The notes: generated from the sequence alone by a model not told the origin. A stretch of 36,698 nt of DNA from Candidatus Woesebacteria bacterium (GCA_016181165.1 JACOZU010000003.1:1-36698), one strand, 5' to 3'; positions 26,276-35,283 are shown, counted from the stretch's first letter. Numbers and translations are program-made.

Positions 26276-29215
26276 ATGGAAAACACTATCAAAATTAGGG
26301 GGGCGAGACAGCATAACCTGAAAAATATCGACCTAACGATTCCTAAAAACAAACTGGTCGTGTTTACCGGAGTTTCCGGCAGTGGGAAAAGTTCCCTGGC
26401 CTTTGACACGATTTACGCCGAAGGACAAAGAAGATATGTCGAGAGTCTTTCCTCCTACGCCAGACAGTTTCTGGGTGTCATGGAAAAGCCGGATGTTGAC
26501 CACATCGAGGGCCTATCTCCCTCAATTTCGATTGACCAGAAAACCACTTCCCGAAACCCACGCTCAACGGTAGGAACGGTCACCGAGGTCTACGATTACT
26601 TAAGACTTCTTTTTGCCAGGGTCGGGCATCCCCATTGTCCCGTCTGCGGCCGGGAAATTTCTCATCAAACCCTTGACCAAATCGTTGCCAAATCTCTTGA
26701 GCTCATTAAAGAAGAAGCCAAGACAAAGAAAAAGGGTTGGTTCTTAGTCCTTTCTCCGGTTGTTTCCGGTCGGAAGGGAGAATATGCTTCTCTTTTTGAC
26801 AACCTTAAAGCCAAAGGATTTCGAAAGGTCCGGGTCGACGGCTATCTGAAGGATTTATCTGAAGATTTTGTTCTTATCAAGACAAATAAACACTCTATCG
26901 AAGTGGAGATTGATAGAATTTCGGTAGGCAGTAGCAATCTAAAGGATAAGCAAAGCTTGGCCGGCTCCGCCGGTAAAATCTTCGAGGAAAACTTGAAGTC
27001 CCGCTTGGCCGACTCGGTCAGGCAAGCTCTTAACCTCTCCGAAGGCAATGTCGTTTTGACCCAGGTGCTTGATTCGGGCTTTGAAATGCCGGACTTTCCC
27101 AGAAAGTTTTCCGACCACTTATTTTCCGAAAGATTTGCTTGTCCAATTGATAACGTCCAAATCCCTGAGATTGAACCTCGAACTTTTTCTTTTAACTCGC
27201 CTCACGGAGCCTGTCACGCCTGCAGCGGGCTGGGGAGGATTCTCAAGGCTGACCCTAATTTGGTTTTTTCCGATGAACTCTCGATTACCGAAGGGGGCGT
27301 TCTTCCTGTTGGCCACATGTTTGAACACGATACCTGGTATTCCCGACTGATTCTGACCGTTTGTGAAGAACTGGGAATTGATGCGAAAGCACCCTTAGGA
27401 ACCCTTAGCCCAAAAGAGAAAGAGATTCTTCTTTTTGGCACCGGAGACGAAGAATATCAAGTCGGAGGAACCAACCGCTTCGGCAGAAACACTTATATCT
27501 GGGAGCCTTTTTACGGCATCATTCACTTTTTGGAAAAGAGGCACTCTGAAACCGAATCCGATTACGTGCGCTGGGAGCTGGAAAAATACATGAGGCGAAG
27601 GCTCTGTCAAGAATGTCGGGGCAGCCGACTCAAAAAAGAGGCTTTGGCGATTACCATCGACGGACTCTCGATTTCAGCCGTGACCGCTTTTTCTATCAAT
27701 CAGGTGTGGGCATGGATTAGTAAACTGGCCAAGTTTTTGTCTGAGAGGGAAAAAGAAATCGGGCGACTGATTATTAAGGAAATTGCGGCTAGACTCGAAT
27801 TCCTCAAGTCCGTGGGGCTAACCTATTTGACTCTGGAAAGAGAAGCCGGGACGCTTTCGGGCGGAGAAGCCCAAAGGATTAGACTGGCTTCCCAAATCGG
27901 CTCCGGTTTAACCGGGGTTCTTTACGTACTGGATGAACCAACGATAGGACTCCACCAAAGAGATAACCAAAGACTGATTGACACTTTGGAAAAATTAAGA
28001 GATTTAGGCAACAGCGTCATTGTCGTTGAGCACGACCGGGAAATGATAGGCCAGTCCGACCATGTCATCGACTTTGGCCCCGGTGCAGGCAAATGGGGAG
28101 GCCAAATTGTGGCCGAGGGGACACCGGGCAAGATCGCCAAAAATTCAAAGTCGCTTACGGGAAAGTATCTGTCCGGAAAGAAAAAGGTGGAAGTGCCGGC
28201 TCTCCCATCGGTATCAAATCATCAATCACTCAAAATTTATGGCTGTCGACAGTTTAACTTGAAGGATATTGATGTCGAATTCCCTTTGGGGAAATTCATC
28301 GTCATTACCGGCGTCTCGGGGAGTGGAAAATCGACGCTTTTGGTTGAGACTCTCTATCCCAGCCTGGTGCAAAAAATGAACCCCTATTTTAGGGGGGAGG
28401 TCGGGACTTTCAAAAGGCTTGAGGGAGAACATCAAGTCGATAAAGTCATCTTAATCGACCAGTCGCCGATAGGCAGAACCCCAAGGAGCAATCCCGCCAC
28501 CTACACTAAAGTTTTTGACCCGATGAGGGACGTTTATGCGGCAACCCACGAAGCCAAAGCGGCCGGATTCAAGAAAGGTCATTTCTCTTTTAACGTCAGA
28601 GGGGGAAGGTGTGAGGCCTGCGAAGGACAGGGGCAGATTAAAATCGAGATGCAGTTTATGAGCGATATTTGGGTGACCTGCGACGTCTGCCGGGGTAAAC
28701 GATATCTTTCTCAAACGTTGGATATCAGCTATAAAGACAAAAATATTGCCGAAGTCCTTGAGATGACGGTTTCTGAGGCCATAGAATTTTTCCAGGCCCA
28801 CCCCTTGATATCAGCCAAACTCGAGACCCTTTCGGCGGTCGGCCTGGGGTATATCCATCTGGGCCAACCGGCCACGACACTCTCGGGTGGGGAAGCACAG
28901 CGGGTCAAGCTTGCCAGCGAACTATCCAAAAGAGCCACCGGCAAAACTTTTTACATCTTGGACGAACCAACCACCGGCCTTCATTTTGCCGATGTCGAAA
29001 ATCTTCTAAGAGTACTAAAAGTACTGGTAGCAAGAGGAAACACCGTTTGTGTCATCGAGCATAATCTCGATGTCGTCAAAAACGCCGACTGGATTATCGA
29101 TCTTGGCCCCGAAGGGGGAGAGATGGGAGGCGAGGTCATTGGCCAGGGAACACCCAAGGATCTAACCAGGAACAAAAATTCCTACACCGCTTACTACCTG
29201 AAACAAGTCAATTAA
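26276..29215 (+). CDS. uvrA: Excinuclease ABC subunit A
   Basis: 979 aa, full length and collinear with E. coli UvrA. It has two ABC ATPase modules (GVSGSGKSSLAFDT, GVSGSGKSTL, LSGGEAQR twice, YVLDEPTIGLH, YILDEPTTGLH) and zinc modules (CPVCG, CHACSGLG, CEACEGQG...CDVCRGKRY). Confidence 0.95.
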   Translation: MENTIKIRGARQHNLKNIDLTIPKNKLVVFTGVSGSGKSSLAFDTIYAEGQRRYVESLSSYARQFLGVMEKPDVDHIEGLSPSISIDQKTTSRNPRSTVGTVTEVYDYLRLLFARVGHPHCPVCGREISHQTLDQIVAKSLELIKEEAKTKKKGWFLVLSPVVSGRKGEYASLFDNLKAKGFRKVRVDGYLKDLSEDFVLIKTNKHSIEVEIDRISVGSSNLKDKQSLAGSAGKIFEENLKSRLADSVRQALNLSEGNVVLTQVLDSGFEMPDFPRKFSDHLFSERFACPIDNVQIPEIEPRTFSFNSPHGACHACSGLGRILKADPNLVFSDELSITEGGVLPVGHMFEHDTWYSRLILTVCEELGIDAKAPLGTLSPKEKEILLFGTGDEEYQVGGTNRFGRNTYIWEPFYGIIHFLEKRHSETESDYVRWELEKYMRRRLCQECRGSRLKKEALAITIDGLSISAVTAFSINQVWAWISKLAKFLSEREKEIGRLIIKEIAARLEFLKSVGLTYLTLEREAGTLSGGEAQRIRLASQIGSGLTGVLYVLDEPTIGLHQRDNQRLIDTLEKLRDLGNSVIVVEHDREMIGQSDHVIDFGPGAGKWGGQIVAEGTPGKIAKNSKSLTGKYLSGKKKVEVPALPSVSNHQSLKIYGCRQFNLKDIDVEFPLGKFIVITGVSGSGKSTLLVETLYPSLVQKMNPYFRGEVGTFKRLEGEHQVDKVILIDQSPIGRTPRSNPATYTKVFDPMRDVYAATHEAKAAGFKKGHFSFNVRGGRCEACEGQGQIKIEMQFMSDIWVTCDVCRGKRYLSQTLDISYKDKNIAEVLEMTVSEAIEFFQAHPLISAKLETLSAVGLGYIHLGQPATTLSGGEAQRVKLASELSKRATGKTFYILDEPTTGLHFADVENLLRVLKVLVARGNTVCVIEHNLDVVKNADWIIDLGPEGGEMGGEVIGQGTPKDLTRNKNSYTAYYLKQVN

Positions 29216-29235
29216 TCCGTTATACTTTAAAAGTA

Positions 29236-31155
29236 ATGCTCAAACGGAACGTTGTTATTCAGAAGGTTTTTCTTTTTTTTATCTTGTCGGTCCTTTTTCT
29301 AATCTTCCCCAAACATTCTTTGGGAACAGGAGAATTTGCCACCGATGTCACCGTCAACTATCAGGTCGAAGAAGAAGGAACGACGCAAGTTTCCCATACA
29401 ATCTCTCTGGAAAACCTTTTTTCCGACCTCTATGCGACTTCATATACTCTGGTTTTAGACAACATCGAGCCCAAAAAGATAGCGGTTTTTGAAGGCTCAA
29501 AGTCCTTACCCTTTCGATTATCTTCCGAGGGAACACAAAATTCCCTGACGATCGATTTTCCGGAGGCTCTGGTTGGCAAGGGCAAGAAAAGGATTTTTAC
29601 GGTTTTATTTGAGGAGACCGGCTTTGCGGCAAGAACGGGAGAGGTCTGGGAGATTTCCATTCCAAGGCTGTCTCCGGACGAGAATTTCAGAAGCTACAAT
29701 GTCAGCTTTTCGGTTCCCGCTACTTTCGGAACCGAAGCCTATCTTTCCCCGAAACCTAAAGAAGTTGGGGGCCAAGAAGGAAGAGTGATTTACTTTTTTG
29801 ACAAGGAAGATGTCGAAAGAACCGGAGTCACCGCCGGCTTCGGCGCTTTTCAAGTCTTTTCCTTTACTCTCAATTACCACTTGGAAAACCCACTCAGCAA
29901 GAGCGCCAAGGTCGATATTGCCCTTCCCCCCGATACCGCCTTGCAGCGTGTCTATTATCAGGTCGTCAACCCCAAACCGGAGAACATTTATGTCGACTCC
30001 GACGGCAACTGGCTGGCTACCTACTTGCTTAAAAGTCGGGAAAGAATAGACGTTGAGGTCAAAGGGGTCGTTCAGATCTTTGCCGGACCCCGACCTTTTC
30101 CCATGCCCACCCAAGAAACACTTCAAGACAACCTTAAGGCGACAAATTATTGGCAAAGCTCTGACCCTAAAATAAGAAGTCTGGCGGGTAGCCTTGGCAC
30201 TGCCGAAGCTATCTATAACTATGTCTGGCAGAATCTTGCCTACGATTACGAAAGAGTTAAGCCTAATGTAGAAAGGTTAGGGGCTCTCAAGGCCCTAGAA
30301 TCTCCGACAAGCGCCATCTGCATGGAATTTACCGACCTTTTTATCGCTCTGGCGCGTTCTGCCGGAATTTCGGCCAGAGAAATCAACGGCTATGCCTACA
30401 CCGAAAACCCGGAAATCCAGCCTTTGAGTTTGGTTGCTGATGTCCTTCACGCCTGGCCCGAATATTGGGACGCCACCGAAGCAGCCTGGATTCCCATCGA
30501 CCCAACCTGGGCGTCAACCACGGGGGGGGTTGATTTCTTTTCAAAACTCGACTTAAGGCACTTTACTTTCGTTATCCACGGGGTTGACCCCCAGAGGCCG
30601 TATCCGCCGGGGTCTTATAAACTTGGGCCCAATCCACAGAAGGACGTCTTCGTCAGTTTCGGCACTCTTCCCGAAGAGCGGGTCAGCCATCCCGAAATTA
30701 CGGTCGTCACCAAAAGGCCCATCCCTTTTGGTCCCACCAGGCTTGATATCACCATCAAAAATCCCGGCCCGGTTGCGCTCTATAACCTCACTCCTGCCGT
30801 TTCCTTTAACGCAGGTGCGGTCAAGGCGGAAACCATTGAGGTTCTCCCCCCAAATGCCCATTATGAAATCGAGTCGGCCGTTCCTTATAGTTTCCTGGGG
30901 AGAAATACCCCCGAAGTCGTCACGGTTCTTGTTGCCGATAGCCAGGTTCAGGTTCCGACCAACAAAAACCAAATAATTCTTGAAAGTGCGGTTGTCCTTC
31001 TTTTGGTCCTTCTCATTGCCGTTCTGGCGATTTTAATCAAATTCAAAAAGATTCAAATTTCCAAATTTAGCGCTAAAATACCAATGCTAATTGCCCGAGT
31101 AAAGAAAAATGACACAGATACCGACTCTCAAGCGCCTATCGTTAAGAAATCTTAA
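29236..31155 (+). CDS. Envelope-anchored transglutaminase-like cysteine protease-fold protein
   Basis: N-terminal signal/TM (FLFFILSVLFLIFP), a large beta-rich N-domain, the transglutaminase core triad context (SAICMEFTDLF, HAWPEYWD, WIPIDPTW), and a C-terminal TM (VVLLLVLLIAVLAILI) with a basic tail. Confidence 0.85.
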   Translation: MLKRNVVIQKVFLFFILSVLFLIFPKHSLGTGEFATDVTVNYQVEEEGTTQVSHTISLENLFSDLYATSYTLVLDNIEPKKIAVFEGSKSLPFRLSSEGTQNSLTIDFPEALVGKGKKRIFTVLFEETGFAARTGEVWEISIPRLSPDENFRSYNVSFSVPATFGTEAYLSPKPKEVGGQEGRVIYFFDKEDVERTGVTAGFGAFQVFSFTLNYHLENPLSKSAKVDIALPPDTALQRVYYQVVNPKPENIYVDSDGNWLATYLLKSRERIDVEVKGVVQIFAGPRPFPMPTQETLQDNLKATNYWQSSDPKIRSLAGSLGTAEAIYNYVWQNLAYDYERVKPNVERLGALKALESPTSAICMEFTDLFIALARSAGISAREINGYAYTENPEIQPLSLVADVLHAWPEYWDATEAAWIPIDPTWASTTGGVDFFSKLDLRHFTFVIHGVDPQRPYPPGSYKLGPNPQKDVFVSFGTLPEERVSHPEITVVTKRPIPFGPTRLDITIKNPGPVALYNLTPAVSFNAGAVKAETIEVLPPNAHYEIESAVPYSFLGRNTPEVVTVLVADSQVQVPTNKNQIILESAVVLLLVLLIAVLAILIKFKKIQISKFSAKIPMLIARVKKNDTDTDSQAPIVKKS

Positions 31156-32452
31156 ATTTAAGCAAATCCCCGAATCCCCCGGGGTGTATATCTTTATAAA
31201 AGAAAATACGCCTTCCTATATAGGGAAAGCGGTAAACCTCAAAAATAGGTTGAAGAGTTATTTTTCGTTGAATTTGGCGCCCAAAACACAAAGAATGATC
31301 GGAGAGGCGCAGTCGCTATCTTTTATAAGAGTAAATTCGGACTTAGAGTCTTTGCTTTTAGAGGCACGCTTAATCCAGAAATATCAACCCAAATATAACT
31401 CCGCCGCCAAAGACGATAAACACCCTTTATATATAAGAATTACAAAGGAAACCTACCCTAAAGTCGTGACGGCAAGGAGAATTGAGAAAAAAGAAAAAAA
31501 TTTGGCTTTTTTCGGACCTTTTCCTTCATCGAAGAATGTGCGTTCCGTTCTGCGAACGGTAAGAAGAATTTTTCCATACGCCGAACACAAAGCCGGTAAA
31601 AGACCATGTTTATACTCCCATCTGGGATTGTGTAACCCCTGTCCTTCTCTAATCGAAAAAGAAAAGGACCAAAAAACCAAGGATGGGCTGGTAAAGACTT
31701 ATAAAAGGAATATAAGGCACATTAGGGCCGTACTTTCGGGTAAATTTAAGCCAGTTAGAAGCGAACTTTTTAGAGAGATGCAGGTTAAATCAAGGCAAGA
31801 GAAGTTTGAGGAAGCACAAAGGGTAAAGGAACAAATCAGTTGGCTTGACTACATTACCCAGACGGCAGTGCCAACGGAATCTTTTTTGGAGAACCCGAAC
31901 CTGACCGAAGATATCAGAAGGGGGGAGTTGGCGGAGTTAAAAGCAATTTTAAATCAATATCTCTCCCTAAAAGGAAAACTCTTGCGAATCGAGTGTTTTG
32001 ATGTCTCGCATTTGGCCGGCGTTAATCCGACCGCATCGATGGTGACCTTTATCAACGCCGAACCCGACAAAAACTTCTATCGACATTTTAGAATCAGGCA
32101 GGAAAAAGGGGCTGATGATATTGCTTCAATGAGGGAAGTGGCCGGACGGCGTACCCAGTATTTTGCCTCCTGGGGAGTTCCGGATTTAATCGTTGTGGAC
32201 GGAGGAAAAACTCAAGTTTCCGCTTTCCAGACCATTCTCAAAGACGCCAAAATTCCCATTGTCGGAATTGCCAAGAGAAACGAAACGCTGGTCGTTCCCA
32301 TCACCACCAAAGCTAAAATCAGATTCTTTGAAAAAAGGCTGCCAAAGGGAGCTGCCTTAAACCTCATCCAAAGATTACGGAACGAGTCACACCGATTCGC
32401 CAGAAGATACCACCACCACCTTTTGAGGAAAACCCTTCTGCCTTTGTCTTGA
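31109..32452 (+). CDS. uvrC: Excinuclease ABC subunit C, short form lacking the C-terminal (HhH)2 domain
   Basis: 447 aa. GIY-YIG domain (PGVYIF...YIGKAVNLKNRLKSYF), UVR domain (FEEAQRVKEQISWL) and endonuclease-V-like domain (IECFDVSHLAG...VVDGGKTQV...IAKR). It ends right after NESHRFARRYH, whereas E. coli UvrC is about 610 aa. The start overlaps the upstream gene by 47 nt. Confidence 0.9.
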   Translation: MTQIPTLKRLSLRNLKFKQIPESPGVYIFIKENTPSYIGKAVNLKNRLKSYFSLNLAPKTQRMIGEAQSLSFIRVNSDLESLLLEARLIQKYQPKYNSAAKDDKHPLYIRITKETYPKVVTARRIEKKEKNLAFFGPFPSSKNVRSVLRTVRRIFPYAEHKAGKRPCLYSHLGLCNPCPSLIEKEKDQKTKDGLVKTYKRNIRHIRAVLSGKFKPVRSELFREMQVKSRQEKFEEAQRVKEQISWLDYITQTAVPTESFLENPNLTEDIRRGELAELKAILNQYLSLKGKLLRIECFDVSHLAGVNPTASMVTFINAEPDKNFYRHFRIRQEKGADDIASMREVAGRRTQYFASWGVPDLIVVDGGKTQVSAFQTILKDAKIPIVGIAKRNETLVVPITTKAKIRFFEKRLPKGAALNLIQRLRNESHRFARRYHHHLLRKTLLPLS

Positions 32453-32486
32453 CTTTAGAGGCCTTTTAACCCAATACTTAGTTTAG

Positions 32487-32888
32487 ATGAAAACCCTGGT
32501 AAGACACTATGTGATTGATACCGTCGCTCTTTATTTGGCTTCAACCGTAACGAGCGGACTTATCTTCGCTGAGGGGGTTAAAACCCTTCTTTTGGCCGGG
32601 GTGGGGCTTTTGTCGGCTTCTTTGGTCGTTCGGCCATTAATCAATCTGCTCATTCTCCCCTTAAATTTAATTACCTTCGGTCTTTTCAAGTGGGTGTCGA
32701 GCGCCGTTGCCCTTTACTTGGTGACTTTGGTTGTACCCGGATTTAAAATTGGCAATTTTGTTTTCCTGGGACTCGCCTCCGGTTGGCTAGGCATCCCCAG
32801 CTTTTCTTTGGACGGAATTCTCGCCTACGTCGGCTTTTCTTTTCTCCTTTCCCTGATTACCTCTTTGATGCATTGGCTCGTTAAATGA
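32487..32888 (+). CDS. Four-TM membrane protein (DUF360 / phage holin superfamily IV-like)
   Basis: 133 aa. RPLINLLILPLNLITFGLFKWVSSAVALYLVTLVVPGFKI matches my memory of the DUF360 core. Confidence 0.55.
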   Translation: MKTLVRHYVIDTVALYLASTVTSGLIFAEGVKTLLLAGVGLLSASLVVRPLINLLILPLNLITFGLFKWVSSAVALYLVTLVVPGFKIGNFVFLGLASGWLGIPSFSLDGILAYVGFSFLLSLITSLMHWLVK

Positions 32889-32926
32889 TTTAGGTTTTGA
32901 GCCCTTTTAAGGTATAATGGTAGCTT

Positions 32927-33139
32927 ATGAGAAGCGCTCTATTGGCCTTACAGATTGTCGTTTCCGTGCTTCTTGTCGGGGCCATTCTCGTTCAAACCAA
33001 AGGAACCGGCTTCGGCAGGGTTTGGGGCTCGGGCGGGGTCAGTTTTGCCAGAAGGGGACTGGAGAAGCTCGTCTTTAAAGCGACTTTTGGACTCGCCGCA
33101 CTCTTCGTCATTTTGGCTTTAATTCAAATTCTCATCTGA
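32927..33139 (+). CDS. secG: Preprotein translocase subunit SecG
   Basis: 70 aa with two TM helices. LQIVVSVLLVGAILVQTKGTGFG is the typical SecG N-terminal helix plus Gly-rich loop. Confidence 0.7.
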   Translation: MRSALLALQIVVSVLLVGAILVQTKGTGFGRVWGSGGVSFARRGLEKLVFKATFGLAALFVILALIQILI

Positions 33140-33153
33140 CGTCTCAAGTCTTT

Positions 33154-33189
33154 TATGACGCCCAGTCTATATATGACGCCCAGTCTATA
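33154..33189. repeat. Perfect 18-bp tandem duplication (TATGACGCCCAGTCTATA x2)
   Basis: 33154-33171 and 33172-33189 are identical. A degenerate third copy (TGACGTCTCAAGTCTTTTA) lies at 33137-33155. The array ends 2 nt before ATG 33192. Confidence 0.95.
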
Positions 33190-33191
33190 AT

Positions 33192-34514
33192 ATGCTTACG
33201 ATTAGGTATTTTATCAGGTTCCTCACGGCTTTCATTGTTCGCTTCAGGGGAATAATTTTACTGGGAACTTTTTTGGGAGGGGCCATCTTTTTGGCTTTGA
33301 GAATTCTTGGTCCCTACTCACTAACAAGAAGCACCGAAAGAGTCGGGATCGTCGGCCGCTACCGGGTGGAAAACCTGCCCGACTCGGTTTTGACCCTGAT
33401 CGGCAACGGTCTCACCAAAATCAAAGAGGACGGAACCGTTGCCCCCGACCTGGCCTCCTCTTGGGAAAGTCCCGACGGCGGTCAAACTTGGGTCTTTAAA
33501 CTAAAAGCCAACATTTTCTGGCAAGACGGCAAAAGGGTAACCAGTACTAGCATTAATTATCAATTTACCGATGCCAAAGTAGAGAGGCCGGACGAAGAAA
33601 CGATTACGTTTAGACTTGAAAGTACTTTTGCTCCGTTTCCTTACGTCGTGGCCAAGCCCACATTTAGAAAAGGGCTTTTGGGAACCGGGGAATGGCGGGT
33701 CACCAAGGCGACGGTTTCGGCCGGCTTTATTCAAAGACTGGTTTTGGTAGATAAGGACGGAAACAGAAAAATACTTAGGTTTTACCCCACCGAAGAGCGA
33801 GCCAAGTTGGGCTTTAAACTCGGGGAAATAGACATCCTCCAGGGTATTTTTAACGCCAAGCCTTTTAACGAATGGAGTGTGGTCGAAATAGAAAAAGAAG
33901 TCGGCAATAGCCGCTACGTCGCCGTCTTTTTTAATACCCAAGACAAACTTTTGGGAGAAAAATCCTTTAGACAGGCCCTTGCCTACGCCATCAAAAAAGA
34001 TGGGTTTGATGGACCCCGCGCCATCAGTCCAATTTCCCCAAACTCCTGGGCTTTTAACCCCCAAGTCAAGCCGTATCACTACGATTCCGAACGCGCCCAA
34101 GAGCTGATTGATGATTTGGCGGACGAACTGAAAGAAAATCTTACGCTCAATATTGTCACCACACCGGCACTACTTTCTGTCGCCGAGGCGATCGCCAAGG
34201 ACTGGGCCGAAGTGGGCGTTGCCGGAAACGTTCAGGTTTCTTCCGGAGTCCCGGCCGAATACCAAGCCCTTCTAGCCATCTTTGATATTCCGGAGGACCC
34301 TGACCAGTATTCGATTTGGCACTCAACTCAAACCTCAACCAATATCAGCCGCTATCAAAACCCCCGAATCGACAAATTCCTCGAGGACGGCAGGGTAGAG
34401 CTAAATATCGAAGAAAGAAAGAAAATATATTTAGACTTCCAAAGGTTTTTGGTGGAAGACTCCCCTGCGGCCTTTCTCTATCACCCAACCACTTATACCG
34501 TGGTTAGAAAATAG
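33192..34514 (+). CDS. ABC-transporter family-5 (peptide/nickel type) solute-binding protein, N-terminally membrane-anchored
   Basis: 440 aa with an N-terminal TM. LASSWESPDGGQTWVFKLKANIFWQDGKRVTSTSINYQF is the typical SBP_bac_5 N-lobe signature. No permease or ATPase genes are adjacent. Confidence 0.75.
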   Translation: MLTIRYFIRFLTAFIVRFRGIILLGTFLGGAIFLALRILGPYSLTRSTERVGIVGRYRVENLPDSVLTLIGNGLTKIKEDGTVAPDLASSWESPDGGQTWVFKLKANIFWQDGKRVTSTSINYQFTDAKVERPDEETITFRLESTFAPFPYVVAKPTFRKGLLGTGEWRVTKATVSAGFIQRLVLVDKDGNRKILRFYPTEERAKLGFKLGEIDILQGIFNAKPFNEWSVVEIEKEVGNSRYVAVFFNTQDKLLGEKSFRQALAYAIKKDGFDGPRAISPISPNSWAFNPQVKPYHYDSERAQELIDDLADELKENLTLNIVTTPALLSVAEAIAKDWAEVGVAGNVQVSSGVPAEYQALLAIFDIPEDPDQYSIWHSTQTSTNISRYQNPRIDKFLEDGRVELNIEERKKIYLDFQRFLVEDSPAAFLYHPTTYTVVRK

Positions 34515-34531
34515 TATTAAAGTTAGCCCCC

Positions 34532-34726
34532 TTAACCACCGGGTATTCCCTCGGATATTTCTTCGGGCGCTTGGCGAGCCATGTTTTCAATCTCGGAGTT
34601 ATTATCGGTATCTGTTTGCTTTTGAGGCGTGACTTCTTCTGGATCTTCTTCTGATCCATGAATCCTTCTGTCAAGTCCGAATGATTCTCTTGGACGTTCT
34701 TCAATGGGCTTGTCTTCAATTCCCAT
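34532..34726 (-). CDS. Hypothetical acidic, low-complexity 64-aa protein (doubtful)
   Basis: ATG start with no Shine-Dalgarno. The product is Glu/Asp/Pro-rich and likely disordered. An alternative overlapping frame (34504-34719) encodes a basic 71-aa product, and I cannot decide between them. Confidence 0.2.
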   Translation of the reverse strand: MGIEDKPIEERPRESFGLDRRIHGSEEDPEEVTPQKQTDTDNNSEIENMARQAPEEISEGIPGG

Positions 34727-34752
34727 CAGTTAATATTATCAGCTCTAATTCT

Positions 34753-34769
34753 AATTTCAAGCTGGGGTG
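34753..34769. repeat. att-like copy of the tRNA-His 3' end plus trailer (AATTTCAAGCTGGGGTG)
   Basis: It shares a perfect 10-mer AGCTGGGGTG (34760-34769) and a flanking AATTT with 35865-35880, which spans the last 7 nt of tRNA-His and its 3' trailer. Confidence 0.3.
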
Positions 34770-34806
34770 ATTAACTATGTTTGTTTTGAACGATATTAGA
34801 CTCAAT

Positions 34807-35283
34807 TTAAAGCGTCTCGTCTTCAAGTGGGGGGTTCGACTCCAACTCATGAAGCTGCCAAACATTTAACCTATACGGTGCTTGGGGATGCCTTTCATGC
34901 CCTGGACCAATTATAGTTCTGCTTTCCTCTTCCTTCCTCGTTATTAAATATGGTCTCAACTGTGGATGAAGCTCCAGAATTTCATAATCTATGAGTTTTT
35001 CCACCAATTTATTATCCTGGGCAACTCTTTCTAATTCACTTCTTGTCCTATAATGGTCTGCTTGATGTCGTTGCGCTTCTCTATTATATGGCTTCATCCA
35101 AGAATAGGCATCAACTATGAGAATTCCGTCGTTAAAATCGGCAGAATTGTATAAATCAATGATTCTGTCGGCTCCTTCTCTTTGTCCATCTCTTAACCCC
35201 AAGGCATCCCAAATTGCTTCATAATCTAATTGTCGTGTATCAACAACTTCTGTCTGGCCCGCCACTTCAAATTCGTGTCTCAT
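34807..35283 (-). CDS. Hypothetical protein (158 aa), no recognisable family
   Basis: ATG at 35283 (the ORF track uses a TTG two codons upstream). The product is soluble and charged (MRHEFEVAGQTEVVDTRQLDYEAIWDALGL...). It is the longest ORF in the region, with no competing frame. Confidence 0.5.
   Translation of the reverse strand: MRHEFEVAGQTEVVDTRQLDYEAIWDALGLRDGQREGADRIIDLYNSADFNDGILIVDAYSWMKPYNREAQRHQADHYRTRSELERVAQDNKLVEKLIDYEILELHPQLRPYLITRKEEESRTIIGPGHERHPQAPYRLNVWQLHELESNPPLEDETL

Noticed and set aside
29605-30156. Long antisense ORFs inside well-supported genes (29605-30156, 33501-34100, 12627-13037, 18412-18867, 17135-17497 and others, all minus strand)
   Set aside because: They are shadow ORFs opposite strongly conserved coding sequence (transglutaminase, SBP, ruvC, ppsA). 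Their products are low-complexity or Arg/Gly/Ser-rich with no motifs.
34504-34719. 71-aa basic minus-strand ORF overlapping the 64-aa acidic ORF in another frame
   Set aside because: Only one of the two can be real, if either. Neither has an SD or a recognisable domain. The acidic frame is listed at low confidence and this one is dropped.
34833-34843. GGTTCGACTCC, a tRNA T-loop-like string that suggested a tRNA fragment or second att site
   Set aside because: The flanking bases do not form a T stem (only 3 of 5 pairs) or an acceptor stem, and no CCA lies in register. It lies within the 3' coding end of the 158-aa ORF (codons for ESNPP).
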